NCBI GenBank assembly: GCA_944372445.1
Contig: CALVZE010000002.1
Coordinates: forward strand, 37,175 to 101,174
DNA: 64,000 bases
Reading direction: 5' to 3'
Source: an uncultured Clostridia bacterium
Lineage (GTDB): Bacteria; Bacillota; Clostridia; Christensenellales; UBA1242
Made by a program: the position numbers and the translations under genes. Under the pieces are notes generated by a model. The model searched no databases and was not told where the DNA came from. It worked only from the letters and a program-made list of their open reading frames with translations. This document shows, piece by piece, positions 9,277 through 19,316 of this stretch (positions are counted from its first letter, which is position 1; each line of letters starts with the position of its first letter).

Positions 9277-9895
9277 TACGGCGTTTATGGATGCAAACAT
9301 CGGCTTGGTTCTTGACAATGGCAAGATATTATGTCGCACGATAGACGCTAAGAGTAAGCACTCAGAAAACGTTTTAAAAACTATTGATGAAATGTGTGAA
9401 GAAGGAAATGTTCTTTTTCGTGATATAGACAAAGTGGCGATTGTTGTCGGGCCAGGCTCGTTTACAGGCATAAGGATAGGTGTGGCTATTATAAAGGCGC
9501 TTGGTTCGGTCAATACGAATTTAAAAGTTTATCCTATAACTTCCTTAGAACTTATGGCATATATTTATTTACAAAATCATAAAGAAAAGATAACTTGTGT
9601 GCTTAATGCTCTTTCTAACCTCTATTTTGTGGCAAGTTTTGATGAAAATGGTAACAAAATAAAGAAAGAAAATATGGTTGAAAAGCTAGACCATGATGAC
9701 AAGCTTGTTGTTTTAAAAGGCGATTTGGTGCTTGATGACGCCGATAGCGTGGAAATGGATACCTCTTCACTTATAAATTTTGCAAAAGAAATTTTAAAAG
9801 AGAAAGATAGTATCTCGGCAGAAAAACTTGAACCGCTCTATCTTAGACCATCGCAAGCAGAGGCAAACTTGAAAACTAATAAAAAATATGATTAA
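9260..9895 (+). CDS. tsaB: tRNA t6A37 biosynthesis protein TsaB
   Basis: 211 aa with the GPGSFTGIRIG motif. It is coupled to tsaE. Confidence 0.8.
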   Translation: MLLAINTAFMDANIGLVLDNGKILCRTIDAKSKHSENVLKTIDEMCEEGNVLFRDIDKVAIVVGPGSFTGIRIGVAIIKALGSVNTNLKVYPITSLELMAYIYLQNHKEKITCVLNALSNLYFVASFDENGNKIKKENMVEKLDHDDKLVVLKGDLVLDDADSVEMDTSSLINFAKEILKEKDSISAEKLEPLYLRPSQAEANLKTNKKYD

Positions 9896-9952
9896 TTTAG
9901 TTGACATTGTCAATTTTTATATGTAGAATAAGTAGCGATATTAGGAGGTAGT

Positions 9953-10474
9953 ATGAAAAAACCTGTTTACATTAGATGTCCAAGATGTGAACTTAACTAT
10001 ATTGAGAAAAAGGAAAAACTTTGCAGTGTATGTAAGGCGGAGCTTTCTGCTAAGAAAGATGAATACACAAGCGACTTAGACCTTGAACTTTGTCCTATCT
10101 GCAAGACGAACTATATTTCGCCTGATGAAATTATGTGTTCGACTTGTCTAAAAGAACATCAGACTGAGGATGGCGAACTTAATTCTGATTGGGAAGACTA
10201 TCTCAATCGTGATGAAGACGAAATTGTCGATGAGGATGAAGAAACGGGCGATATGGCTTCTGTTACAGAACTTGGCGATAACGATATGCTCGATGATGAA
10301 ATCGACACTGATATCGGCTTTGATGAAACGCTGGATGACGATATTGATATTGATGAAGAGTTCGACGATGAAGAGGAAGAGGAGGACGACGAAGATTTTG
10401 ATGACGACCTCGACGACGATGATGACGATGACGAAGAAGATGATGATTTAGATGACGAAGATGACGATTTTTAA
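9953..10474 (+). CDS. zinc-ribbon protein with an extreme poly-Asp/Glu C-terminal tail
   Basis: Four CxxC pairs are present (CPRC, CSVC, CPIC, CSTC). About 80 residues that are almost entirely D/E follow. AGGAGG SD upstream and a terminator downstream. Confidence 0.6.
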   Translation: MKKPVYIRCPRCELNYIEKKEKLCSVCKAELSAKKDEYTSDLDLELCPICKTNYISPDEIMCSTCLKEHQTEDGELNSDWEDYLNRDEDEIVDEDEETGDMASVTELGDNDMLDDEIDTDIGFDETLDDDIDIDEEFDDEEEEEDDEDFDDDLDDDDDDDEEDDDLDDEDDDF

Positions 10475-10491
10475 TGTTGGCTAAAAATAGA

Positions 10492-10517
10492 AGCTGTGCG
10501 AGTTTGCACAGCTTTTT
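10492..10517. terminator. bidirectional intrinsic terminator (zinc-ribbon gene on + / comEB on -)
   Basis: 8-bp stem agctgtgc/gcacagct (10492-10499 and 10506-10513), followed by a T-run; aaaaata (10483-10489) lies a few nt upstream. Confidence 0.7.
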
Positions 10518-10543
10518 GTATTATGTAATATTTTAAATCATAA

Positions 10544-10993
10544 TTATTCATTCTCGTTATACTTTGTAAGTTTTACACCTGCTTCTTCACAGATTTTTTG
10601 CGAGAATTCATCAGGGTAGCCTTCTTTATAGATTACTTCCTTTATTCCAGAATTTATAATCATTTTTGCGCATACGACACACGGCTGGTGTGTGCAGTAT
10701 AACACGCAACCTTTAAGGCTGATGCCTTCTTTTGCAGCTTGAATTATGGCATTTTGTTCTGCGTGAGCAGCGTAGCAGAGTTCTGCGTGTGTGCCACTTG
10801 GAATATTCATTTCATTTCGCATACATGAGCCACGCTCAATACATGTTTTAACGCCAGCGGGTGCTCCGTTATAGCCGGTTGTCATAATGCGCTTGTCTTT
10901 GACGATAACTGCACCAACTTGACGCCTTAAACAACTTGACCATGTGGCGATATGCTCAGTTAAAAGCATAAATCTCTTTTTCCATTTATCCAT
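10544..10993 (-). CDS. comEB: dCMP deaminase (ComEB-type cytidine/deoxycytidylate deaminase)
   Basis: 149 aa with the zinc motifs HAEQNAI and PCVVCAKMI. Confidence 0.85.
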   Translation of the reverse strand: MDKWKKRFMLLTEHIATWSSCLRRQVGAVIVKDKRIMTTGYNGAPAGVKTCIERGSCMRNEMNIPSGTHAELCYAAHAEQNAIIQAAKEGISLKGCVLYCTHQPCVVCAKMIINSGIKEVIYKEGYPDEFSQKICEEAGVKLTKYNENE

Positions 10994-11269
10994 ATTTTTC
11001 TCCTAATCGTTTTATATATATTTTAGAACCAAGAAGAATAAATGTCAAATCTATCTAGAAAAATAAAGAAGATTTGTAATGTTTGTAAAATTACATTAAG
11101 AGTTTAATAAATTTTATATAAAGAATTTTAGTATATTTATGATTAATATTTGCTTTTTTATTATTATTAGGTTATAATAAAATTAATTAAAATCGTTTTA
11201 AAGTTTATGATTGCTTTTTACATAATAAATCATATCTAATATAAACGCATATTAAGTGGAGGAGGACAC

Positions 11270-12229
11270 ATGAACATTATTGAAGTTGATAATTTAACGC
11301 AAGATTATGGACATGGTAGAGGCGTGTTTGATGTGTCTTTTGCTATTCGCGAAGGGGAAGTTTTCGGCTTTTTGGGACCAAATGGCGCTGGTAAATCTAC
11401 AACCATTCGACACATCATGGGCTTTTCTCGACCTCAAAAGGGCGAAACGCGTGTTTTTAATCTTGAAAGCTTCCATAATTATTATAAAATCTTGTCTAAT
11501 GTGGGTTATTTGCCAGGCGAAATTGCACTGCCTGAGGGATTGACAGGCTGGGAGTTCATCAAGATGATGGGCGACCTAAGAAGGACAAAAGATAAGGAGA
11601 GATTGATATATCTACTTAAAAAATTTGACCTCAATCCTGCTGTCAGCACAAAGTCTATGAGCTTGGGCGAAAAGCGTAAGCTTGCCATTGTGACGGCGTT
11701 CATGGATGACCCTGAGGTGCTTGTTCTAGACGAGCCGACAAGCGGACTTGACCCTGTGATGCAACAAGTTTTTGTTGACTTTATTAAAGAGGAGAAAAAA
11801 CGAGGAAAAACGATATTGCTTTCTTCTCACATGTTTAACGAAGTTGAAGCGACTTGTGACAGAATTGCGATTATTAAAGACGGGCGAATTGTCACAATTT
11901 TCAATGCTAACTTCATTAAGCATAACGAAAACAAGTTATATGATATTAAATTTAATAATATAAAAGATTTAGAAAATTTCACAAAAGCCTTTCCAAAAGC
12001 TAAATTTAAGGAAGATTTGGTGGTTAAATTTGGCGTAAAAGATGTCTTTAAAGATAAACTTTCTGTTCATGTTGCTGTTAATGACAAGATGATAAATGAG
12101 TTTATTGACGAGATTGTGAAGTATAAGATTAAATCTTTCACCGAACTAAAATTGACCCTTGAAGAGTATTTTATGACTTTCTATAAAGAAGATAAAAATT
12201 ATGGAGGTATGCTGAAATGGAAGAAGTGA
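11270..12229 (+). CDS. ABC transporter ATP-binding protein
   Basis: Walker A GPNGAGKST, signature LSLGEKRKL, Walker B LVLDEPTSGLD. GGAGGAGG SD. Confidence 0.9.
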   Translation: MNIIEVDNLTQDYGHGRGVFDVSFAIREGEVFGFLGPNGAGKSTTIRHIMGFSRPQKGETRVFNLESFHNYYKILSNVGYLPGEIALPEGLTGWEFIKMMGDLRRTKDKERLIYLLKKFDLNPAVSTKSMSLGEKRKLAIVTAFMDDPEVLVLDEPTSGLDPVMQQVFVDFIKEEKKRGKTILLSSHMFNEVEATCDRIAIIKDGRIVTIFNANFIKHNENKLYDIKFNNIKDLENFTKAFPKAKFKEDLVVKFGVKDVFKDKLSVHVAVNDKMINEFIDEIVKYKIKSFTELKLTLEEYFMTFYKEDKNYGGMLKWKK

Positions 12230-13134
12230 TAAAAGCAGAGCACCTCACAAAGGACTACGGCGGTGGCAGAGGAATTTTTGATTTAAGTTTCTTTATCACA
12301 AAAGGCGAGGTTTTTGGTTTTGTTGGCACAAATGGCAGTGGGAAAACGACAACCATTCGACATATTATGGGCTTTATCAAGCCAAAAAGCGGTAAGGTGA
12401 CAGTTTTAGGGTTAGACGCATGGAAGGATTCTTGTAAAATTAAAGAAAATGTGGCTTACATTCCAGGCGAGATAGCTTTTCCAGATTTAACCACAGGCAT
12501 AGAATTTCTGAAAGCACAGGCAGAGCTTCTTGGCTTAAAAAGTATGGAAAGAGCTGACGAACTCATTAAAAGATTACAACTTGACCCGTCAGCAGGTTTA
12601 AAGCGAATGAGCAAAGGCATGAAGCAAAAAACGGCGATTGTTGCGGCACTTATGGCAGATAAAGATATTTTAATTTTAGATGAGCCTACAACAGGGCTCG
12701 ACCCACTGATGCGTGAAACTTTCCTTGAATTAATTTTGGAAGAGAAAAAGAGAGGCAAAACGATTTTGATGAGTAGCCAGATGTTTGATGAACTTGAAAT
12801 GACTTGCGATAGAGTGGCGCTCATACATGACGGAAAAATTATCGATATTACCGATGTGAATGCCTTAAAAAATTCGACAACAAAATCCTATAAGATTGAA
12901 TTTTTAAATAAGGAAGACTATTTAAAATTCAAAAAGCTTAAATATAAAATAATTCGCGACCAAGAAAAATATTTTCAAGTTACGGTTCAGATTGATGACA
13001 GCGATATAAATAAACTTTTTAAAACACTTTCTAATTACAAATTAAAGTTTATTGCAGAAGTAAAATATAACCTTGAAAAGCATTTTACAAATATTCTTGA
13101 AAAAGAAGTAAAAGGAGGAAAAAATGCATTTTAG
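12217..13134 (+). CDS. ABC transporter ATP-binding protein (second ATPase of the same system)
   Basis: Walker A GTNGSGKTT, Walker B ILILDEPTTGLD. It overlaps the upstream gene by 13 nt. Confidence 0.9.
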   Translation: MEEVIKAEHLTKDYGGGRGIFDLSFFITKGEVFGFVGTNGSGKTTTIRHIMGFIKPKSGKVTVLGLDAWKDSCKIKENVAYIPGEIAFPDLTTGIEFLKAQAELLGLKSMERADELIKRLQLDPSAGLKRMSKGMKQKTAIVAALMADKDILILDEPTTGLDPLMRETFLELILEEKKRGKTILMSSQMFDELEMTCDRVALIHDGKIIDITDVNALKNSTTKSYKIEFLNKEDYLKFKKLKYKIIRDQEKYFQVTVQIDDSDINKLFKTLSNYKLKFIAEVKYNLEKHFTNILEKEVKGGKNAF

Positions 13135-14824
13135 TAAAGCACTCTTTAAACAATCGATGAAAGCAAACTGGGTTAAGTGGGTTTGCGTAACGGTTGCCAC
13201 TTGCGTTATGCTTGCTATTGTCATTATTGTGCTTGGAAGTTTGGCAATCAACGACATTCGTGATTCTCTTAAAGATGTGTTCACGCAGGCTGACCAAGAG
13301 AGTTATCTCAAAGAAAATTCGGTGGATAGTTATGAGGCTTATAATCTATCAATTAAATTTGTAGATGGATTAGAAAGCGAAGGGCTTGAAGGTTACATGG
13401 GGCTTGCTTGGGGAATGATTACTTCAAGTTATCAGCAGAAAATTAACGAATATACCACAGCAAACGGGCAAGCACCAACAGGCGAGGCACTTGTTTCGAT
13501 AAAAGAAGAAACGGTTGATGAATTAGTGGCTACTATTAAAAGTTTAGGAGATTATCTTCCAGCAGAATTTCAAGAGATGTCAGACGAAGAATTAGGTCAA
13601 TTTATCTATATCATATTAATGGCTTATGATGATAATCCTGATTTGTCTGCTACAAGTCCAGATTTTGTAGAAACTGCGAAGGCGTCAATAAAAGACAACT
13701 TTGTTGAATATGCAGGTATTACCGCTTATAATCTTTATATTTCACAAGGTGAAGAGGCGAGCGTAGCTGAGGGTTACGCAATGCAGGCAGTAGAACTTGC
13801 AAATACTGCAATTACTTCATATGAACAAAAGTCTCAGGAAGAGGGTTTTGTCTATGATGAAGAGGTGTTTAAAGAAGAGGCTAACGAATATGTTATCAAT
13901 ATGATTTATACACAAACATATAATCAATTCATCACAAGCGAAACTCCAACAGAAGAGGAAATCTCAAACGCTGAGCAATATGCGGTTGCTGCAAAGGTGC
14001 TTGCAAATACCGCAATAAGCACTTACGAGCTTTGGATTGACGAATATTCTGATGTGGAAAAATATCCTGACATGACACAGACCGAGATTAAGGAAAAGGC
14101 AAGAGACGAAGCGGTGGAAAGCATAACCGACCAAATACCTGAAAAGGTGGCTGAGGCGCTTGAAGAACTTGGAAATATGGATATCTACGGACTAATCATC
14201 GGCTCCATCTTCTACCGAATTGCCGGGCTACTTCTTCCTATGGTGTTTGTTATTATGGTGGCAAATGGACTACTTGCTGGTCAAGTGGATTCTGGTTCAA
14301 TGGCGTATGTGCTTTCTACACCGACAAAGAGAAGAACGGTGGCTTGCACACAAATGGCTTATCTTATGATTTCGCTACTTGCCATGTTCCTAATGGTGAC
14401 AATCACAAGCGTCATTTCTATTTGGGTTGTGGGCGGAAACAACTTTGCTATAAACTTTGCAGAGATTTGTTTCTTTAATTTAGGTGCATTTTTGACGATG
14501 TTTGCTTTTGCTGGCTATTGCTTCATGTGTTCAGCAATTTTCAATAGGTCGAAGTATTCAATGTCAATCGGCGGAGGACTTTCAATTTTCATGCTTGTAT
14601 GCACAATTTTAGGACTGTTCGGCTCTAATGTTGTTCCTTCCGCAATGAGAATTGACGCCATGAATGTGTTTAACTTCCTCTCTATAATATCACTGTTTGA
14701 TACTGTTTCCATATTAAACGGCACGATTGCCTTCGCATGGAAGTTTGCTATTCTTGCGGGCATTGCCATTGTGACATTTATTATCGGCGTATTTAGATTT
14801 GAGAAGAAAGATTTGCCGTTATAA
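13124..14824 (+). CDS. ABC-2-type permease with a large extracytoplasmic domain
   Basis: 566 aa. One N-terminal TM helix, about 330 aa of soluble acidic domain, then about 5 TM helices. It is coupled to the two ATPase genes. Confidence 0.6.
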   Translation: MHFSKALFKQSMKANWVKWVCVTVATCVMLAIVIIVLGSLAINDIRDSLKDVFTQADQESYLKENSVDSYEAYNLSIKFVDGLESEGLEGYMGLAWGMITSSYQQKINEYTTANGQAPTGEALVSIKEETVDELVATIKSLGDYLPAEFQEMSDEELGQFIYIILMAYDDNPDLSATSPDFVETAKASIKDNFVEYAGITAYNLYISQGEEASVAEGYAMQAVELANTAITSYEQKSQEEGFVYDEEVFKEEANEYVINMIYTQTYNQFITSETPTEEEISNAEQYAVAAKVLANTAISTYELWIDEYSDVEKYPDMTQTEIKEKARDEAVESITDQIPEKVAEALEELGNMDIYGLIIGSIFYRIAGLLLPMVFVIMVANGLLAGQVDSGSMAYVLSTPTKRRTVACTQMAYLMISLLAMFLMVTITSVISIWVVGGNNFAINFAEICFFNLGAFLTMFAFAGYCFMCSAIFNRSKYSMSIGGGLSIFMLVCTILGLFGSNVVPSAMRIDAMNVFNFLSIISLFDTVSILNGTIAFAWKFAILAGIAIVTFIIGVFRFEKKDLPL

Positions 14825-14983
14825 AAATCTAGGACAGACATCACACGGACACAATCTTTTGGCTTCATTCAGGATGATGGTTATAGAGGCTTAGTGTGAC
14901 AAATATAGACCATTCTTGTATGTTAAGCCGTGAGCGTCAGTGTGAAGTGGTTGTGATATTTAAAGATAATATAGCTGATAGAC

Positions 14984-15024
14984 AAAATATAGTGTAGTAT
15001 TCAATGCATACTACACTATATTTT
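14984..15024. terminator. bidirectional terminator; 17-bp perfect palindrome of the ATATAGTGTAGTAT family
   Basis: aaaatatagtgtagtat (14984-15000), a 7-nt loop, then atactacactatatttt (15008-15024). It lies between convergent genes. Confidence 0.8.
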
Positions 15025-15103
15025 TCATAATTTTTATATTTTATAATTTTTCCTACTTTCGCAATATCATAATTATTAATAATATTTTCTTAAAATTTAC
15101 TTA

Positions 15104-15835
15104 CTAAATTTCAGGAATAAAGTTCTCAAATATTATATTGTCGCAATATTTAATTGTTTTTAAGTATTCTTCTTTACTTCTCACAGTCCACGCGAGCAGT
15201 GGCAAGCGTTTATACTTTCTGACGAAGCGATTTGGGAGGGTGGAAGCGTCATAAGAGATAAAATTTGGCTCACTGACATTTTTGTTAAAGGACATTCTTT
15301 TAAGCAAGAATTTCTTTATATATGCAAGTTTTTCGCCTTTGAAATATCCAGATAACTGACCACGAAGTATCTGAGGCGCATGATGTTTGAAATACTTTAA
15401 TGAAAAAGGATTGAAAGATTGAACAGCGTATTCGCCTTTATAATCTTTTAATAAATCAATGACTTTTTGTTCTAATTTGCCGACCTTAAATTGATTTTTA
15501 ATTTCAATTAAAAGAGGTGTTCTGCCATTCACTAACTTTAAAACTTCCTCAAAGGTTGGAATATGCTCTTTACTGCCAGCAAGGTTTAAAACTTTCAAAT
15601 CTTCCTTATTTAGAAATTTAAGGTAACCATCATTTCCCGTCATACGCGACAGTGACTCGTCATGAAAAACAACAACAGTGTCATCTGCAAGAAGTTGCAC
15701 ATCTAGTTCTATTGCGTAACCATTCTCCACCGCTTTTTCAAAGGCGCTCAATGAATTTTCTGGGCTTGTCTTATCATGAAGTCCGCGATGTGCGATAGGT
15801 GTTTCCACGAGCCACGATTTAAAAATATCTTCCAT
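15104..15835 (-). CDS. glycerophosphodiester phosphodiesterase family protein
   Basis: GDPD motifs are present: IAHRGLH..ENS, IELDV, VFHDE. The ATG at 15835 has a GGAG SD 5 nt upstream. The track start at 15895 is a TTG with no SD. Confidence 0.8.
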   Translation of the reverse strand: MEDIFKSWLVETPIAHRGLHDKTSPENSLSAFEKAVENGYAIELDVQLLADDTVVVFHDESLSRMTGNDGYLKFLNKEDLKVLNLAGSKEHIPTFEEVLKLVNGRTPLLIEIKNQFKVGKLEQKVIDLLKDYKGEYAVQSFNPFSLKYFKHHAPQILRGQLSGYFKGEKLAYIKKFLLKRMSFNKNVSEPNFISYDASTLPNRFVRKYKRLPLLAWTVRSKEEYLKTIKYCDNIIFENFIPEI

Positions 15836-15906
15836 ATCTTCTCCATTCTTATGTTTAATATATTTTATTTTAATAAAGTTGTTATTATTTGTCAAATATT
15901 TTTACT

Positions 15907-18900
15907 TTATTCGCTCTTTTTTGTAAAGGCATTTAAGGTGTTAAGTCTTTCAATAGCATCCATTTTGCTCTCTTCAAGCATTTTTTCTGCCTCATCTTTT
16001 TTTAGTTCCTTGATTGCCGAGTAGCGCGTTTCACTATTTAAGAAGTCCTCATATTTCATAAAATCGCTTTTGCTGTCGATGTGAACAACGCCTTCATTTG
16101 GATTGTATCTCACAAGTGACCAATAGCCAGCTTCCACAGCTTTCTTCATCTCTTGCATGGTGGTTGACATGTCAAAACCATGATTTACGCAAGGAGAGTA
16201 GGCGACTATTATGCTTGGTCCATTGTAAGCTTCCGCTTCTTTAAATGCTTTGATGCACTGGTTCATATCAGCACCAAGACTGACGCTTGCTACATAGCAA
16301 TTTTTAGAGGCAATAGCAAGAGCCACCAAATCTTTTTTCTTTGTTTTCTTGCCTGCACTTGCAAATTTAACCATGGCTCCACGCGGAGTTGACTTACTTG
16401 CTTGTCCGCCTGTGTTGGAGTAAACCTCGGTGTCTAAAACTAAGATGTTGACATTTTCGTTGCCATTTATTACATGGTCAAGCCCACCATAGCCAATATC
16501 GTATGCCCAGCCGTCACCACCGATTATCCAAACGCTTTGGTCAGGGTTAGTGTAGTTAGAGCCGAGTTTCATGCCTAGTCCAAATTCCGCATTATCTTCA
16601 AACAGACTGTTTGCCCATGCTGGACCTCTGCCGTTTTCGTCTTTGAAATATGGACAGGACGGAAAAGAGCCTCCATAAATACTTGAACAGCCTGTTGCGT
16701 TGGCGATTAACATTTTTTCGCCGAATAGCATTGTTGCAAGTTTGATATAAGGCGTTTCACCACACCCACCGCACGCACCAGAAAAGCCAAAGTAACAGTC
16801 CTTAAATTGCAAGCCTTTCGGCATATCTGTTGAAAACGGAGTGTCTTTTTCTGTTTTTAAGGTTTTGCAAAAAGCATAGTTTTTCTTTTCTTCTTCTAGA
16901 ATTTCGTTTGCTTCATGCATAACAAGAGCCTTGTTTTTGCTTGGACAAACATTGGCACAAACTCCGCATCCTGTGCAATCCTCAGGTGATACTTGCACGC
17001 GATATAAATAGCCGTTCATGCCAAAAGCTTTACTAAATTCCACTTCTTCCATTGTTTCAGCTTTAACAAGCACAACTTTTATAGCGTTGTGTGGGCAGGA
17101 AAGAATACATTGACCGCACTGAATGCAGTTGGCTGGAAGGTATTTTGGGAGGTGGCTGGCAAATCCGCGTTTTTCAAAATCGGCTGTGCCTTGTGGCACT
17201 ATTCCTCTTTTGTCAAACTTAGAAACAGGGATGTCATCGCCTTGCAGGCGTTCAATTTTTTTCATTATCTCTTGATAAAATTTGTCGTTAATATTTTTGG
17301 TGTTCATGTCACTGCCTGACGGCGTGAGAGATTTGACATTTACTTCTTCAATATTTTCGACGGTTTTTGCCATGGCTTTTAAGTTTTTATTTACCACGCT
17401 TTTTCCTTTCTTGCCATAGGTTAATTCGACGTATTTTTGTATTTCTTTATAGGCAATGTCAAAGTTAATGATGCCCGAAACTTTAAAGAGTGCTGTTTGC
17501 ATTATTATATTGATTTTATTGCCAAGACCAGCGTATTCAGCTATTTTTTGAGCGTTAAGACAATATGCCTTTGCGTCCTTTTCCTTTAAAATGCGCTTAT
17601 AGTAACTAGGCAACACTTTGTCTATCTCGTCGGCGCTAAAAATAGTGTTGAAAAGCACAATTCCACCTTTTTTCAAGCCTTCAAGGCAATCGTAGCGGTG
17701 AACGAAGGAAAAGTTGTTGATGGATATAACATCGCACTCGTGAACAAGGTAGGTGCTTTTTATCGGAGTGTCGCTTACGCGAATATGTGATTTTGTTAAA
17801 CTGCCAGATTTTTTGCTGTCATATTCAAAATAGCCTTGGACAAACTTATCAAGCTCTTCTCCTAATATTTTGATGGTGCTTTTGCTGGCTGAAACTGTGC
17901 CGTCTGAACCAAGTCCATAGAATTTCATCTGAAAATTTTTTGTTTTTGGCGTGTAGATGGTTTTTGGTAAAGACGAAGCGTTTACATCGTCTTCAATACC
18001 AACTGTGAAGTTGTCTTTTTTCGCTTCAAAATTTTTAACGATAGACGCTACCATGTTTGGCGTAAAGTCCTTTCCACCAAGTCCATATCGTCCACCTAGC
18101 ACTTTCACACCACTTCCCGCAAGGGCGCTAGTTATATCAAGAAATAGCGGGTCGCGTGCGCCAAACTCTCGCGTTCTATCAAGCGTTATAATAGTTTTTA
18201 TGGTTTTAGGAAGAATATTTTTGAATTCTTGATAGTCAAAAGGGCGATAAAGGTGGATTTTTATAAGAGCAGTATCGTTAAATGCTTTATCAGAAAGCAC
18301 TTCTTCAATACATTCACAAGAAGAACCCATGCTAACAATGAGATTTTCTGCGTTTTTACTGCCAACATATTCAAAAGGAGCGTATTTTCGACCAACAACC
18401 TTATAGAAATCTTTTAAAATCCCTTTTAAAATTTCGGTTACATTATCATAACTAGGGCTTGATGCTTCTCTATTTTGGAAAAAGACATCAGGGTTTTGAG
18501 AAGAGCCTTTTTGATATGGAGAAGAGGAGTTCATAGCACTTTTCTTAAAGGCTTCTATTTCCTTTATAGGTAACAGCGTTTTTATCTTTTCATCATCGAT
18601 TATGTCAATTTTTTGTATCTCATGTGAAGTTCTAAATCCGTCAAAAAAATGAACGACAGGGAGGGATGTTTTAAGCGCTAAAATATGTGCGATTAATGCA
18701 AAGTCATGGGCTTCTTGCACAGAATTTGAGCATAACAAAATTGCACCTGTTTGCCTTATCGCCATAACATCGCTGTGGTCACCAAAAATAGAGAGCGCGT
18801 GTGTCGCAACTGTGCGTGCGGCGATATGAAAAACACCGGGCAAATGTTCACCAGCAATTTTATACAGGTTAGGTATCATAAGCAAGAGTCCTTGACTTGA

Positions 18901-19146
18901 AGTGAAGGTGGTGGAAAGCGCACCTGTTGACAAACTTCCATGCATAGCACCACTAGCTCCGCCTTCTGATTGCATTTCAACAAGAGTTGGAACTTTATTA
19001 AAAATATTTTTCTTTCCTTTACTTAATTCTCCGTCACAATATTCTGCCATAGGAGAGGAAGGAGTGATAGGGTAGATAGGAATTACCTCAGAAAGTTTAT
19101 ACGCAATCATGCCGACTGCGGTGTTTCCGTCAATAGTTTTTTTCAT
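15907..19146 (-). CDS. nifJ: pyruvate:ferredoxin (flavodoxin) oxidoreductase
   Basis: 1079 aa. The N-terminus reads DGNTAVGMIAYKLSEVIPIYPITPSSPMAE. Two 4Fe-4S motifs (CIQCGQCILSCP, CTGCGVCANVCP) and the TPP site GGDGWAYDIGYGGLDH are present. Confidence 0.92.
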   Translation of the reverse strand: MKKTIDGNTAVGMIAYKLSEVIPIYPITPSSPMAEYCDGELSKGKKNIFNKVPTLVEMQSEGGASGAMHGSLSTGALSTTFTSSQGLLLMIPNLYKIAGEHLPGVFHIAARTVATHALSIFGDHSDVMAIRQTGAILLCSNSVQEAHDFALIAHILALKTSLPVVHFFDGFRTSHEIQKIDIIDDEKIKTLLPIKEIEAFKKSAMNSSSPYQKGSSQNPDVFFQNREASSPSYDNVTEILKGILKDFYKVVGRKYAPFEYVGSKNAENLIVSMGSSCECIEEVLSDKAFNDTALIKIHLYRPFDYQEFKNILPKTIKTIITLDRTREFGARDPLFLDITSALAGSGVKVLGGRYGLGGKDFTPNMVASIVKNFEAKKDNFTVGIEDDVNASSLPKTIYTPKTKNFQMKFYGLGSDGTVSASKSTIKILGEELDKFVQGYFEYDSKKSGSLTKSHIRVSDTPIKSTYLVHECDVISINNFSFVHRYDCLEGLKKGGIVLFNTIFSADEIDKVLPSYYKRILKEKDAKAYCLNAQKIAEYAGLGNKINIIMQTALFKVSGIINFDIAYKEIQKYVELTYGKKGKSVVNKNLKAMAKTVENIEEVNVKSLTPSGSDMNTKNINDKFYQEIMKKIERLQGDDIPVSKFDKRGIVPQGTADFEKRGFASHLPKYLPANCIQCGQCILSCPHNAIKVVLVKAETMEEVEFSKAFGMNGYLYRVQVSPEDCTGCGVCANVCPSKNKALVMHEANEILEEEKKNYAFCKTLKTEKDTPFSTDMPKGLQFKDCYFGFSGACGGCGETPYIKLATMLFGEKMLIANATGCSSIYGGSFPSCPYFKDENGRGPAWANSLFEDNAEFGLGMKLGSNYTNPDQSVWIIGGDGWAYDIGYGGLDHVINGNENVNILVLDTEVYSNTGGQASKSTPRGAMVKFASAGKKTKKKDLVALAIASKNCYVASVSLGADMNQCIKAFKEAEAYNGPSIIVAYSPCVNHGFDMSTTMQEMKKAVEAGYWSLVRYNPNEGVVHIDSKSDFMKYEDFLNSETRYSAIKELKKDEAEKMLEESKMDAIERLNTLNAFTKKSE

Positions 19147-19281
19147 ATAATCTCCTTTTGAATAATTTTAAAATTTTAAGATTTTTTTGTCAAACAAATA
19201 AAGTAATTAAGTTAAAATAAATTAGTATTAATATAATTTTGAGGTTATCTAATACGAGTGGCGAATTTTGCATAAAAAATA

Positions 19282-19310
19282 TTTACAATTTTAAATTTTT
19301 TAGCTATAAT
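19282..19310 (+). promoter_or_regulatory. sigma-A-type promoter ending 6 nt before the truA ATG (candidate leaderless transcript)
   Basis: TTTACA (19282-19287), a 17-nt spacer, then TATAAT (19305-19310). The ATG is at 19317 and has no SD. Confidence 0.45.
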
Positions 19311-19316
19311 AACGCT

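Noticed and set aside
10170-10451. Alternative-frame 93-aa ORF inside the acidic-tail gene
   Set aside because: It is an off-frame reading of GAT/GAA repeats, which gives a Met/Lys/Thr-rich artefact. It has no independent start signals.
19239-19316. Upstream extension of truA, and likewise the extensions of polA (32062..32139), the portal gene (24574..24633), the mod gene (60573..60599) and the SNF2 gene (56787..56837)
   Set aside because: The conserved family N-termini begin at the downstream ATGs, which have SDs or a -10 box. The extensions start at TTG or GTG codons and overlap upstream genes or promoters.
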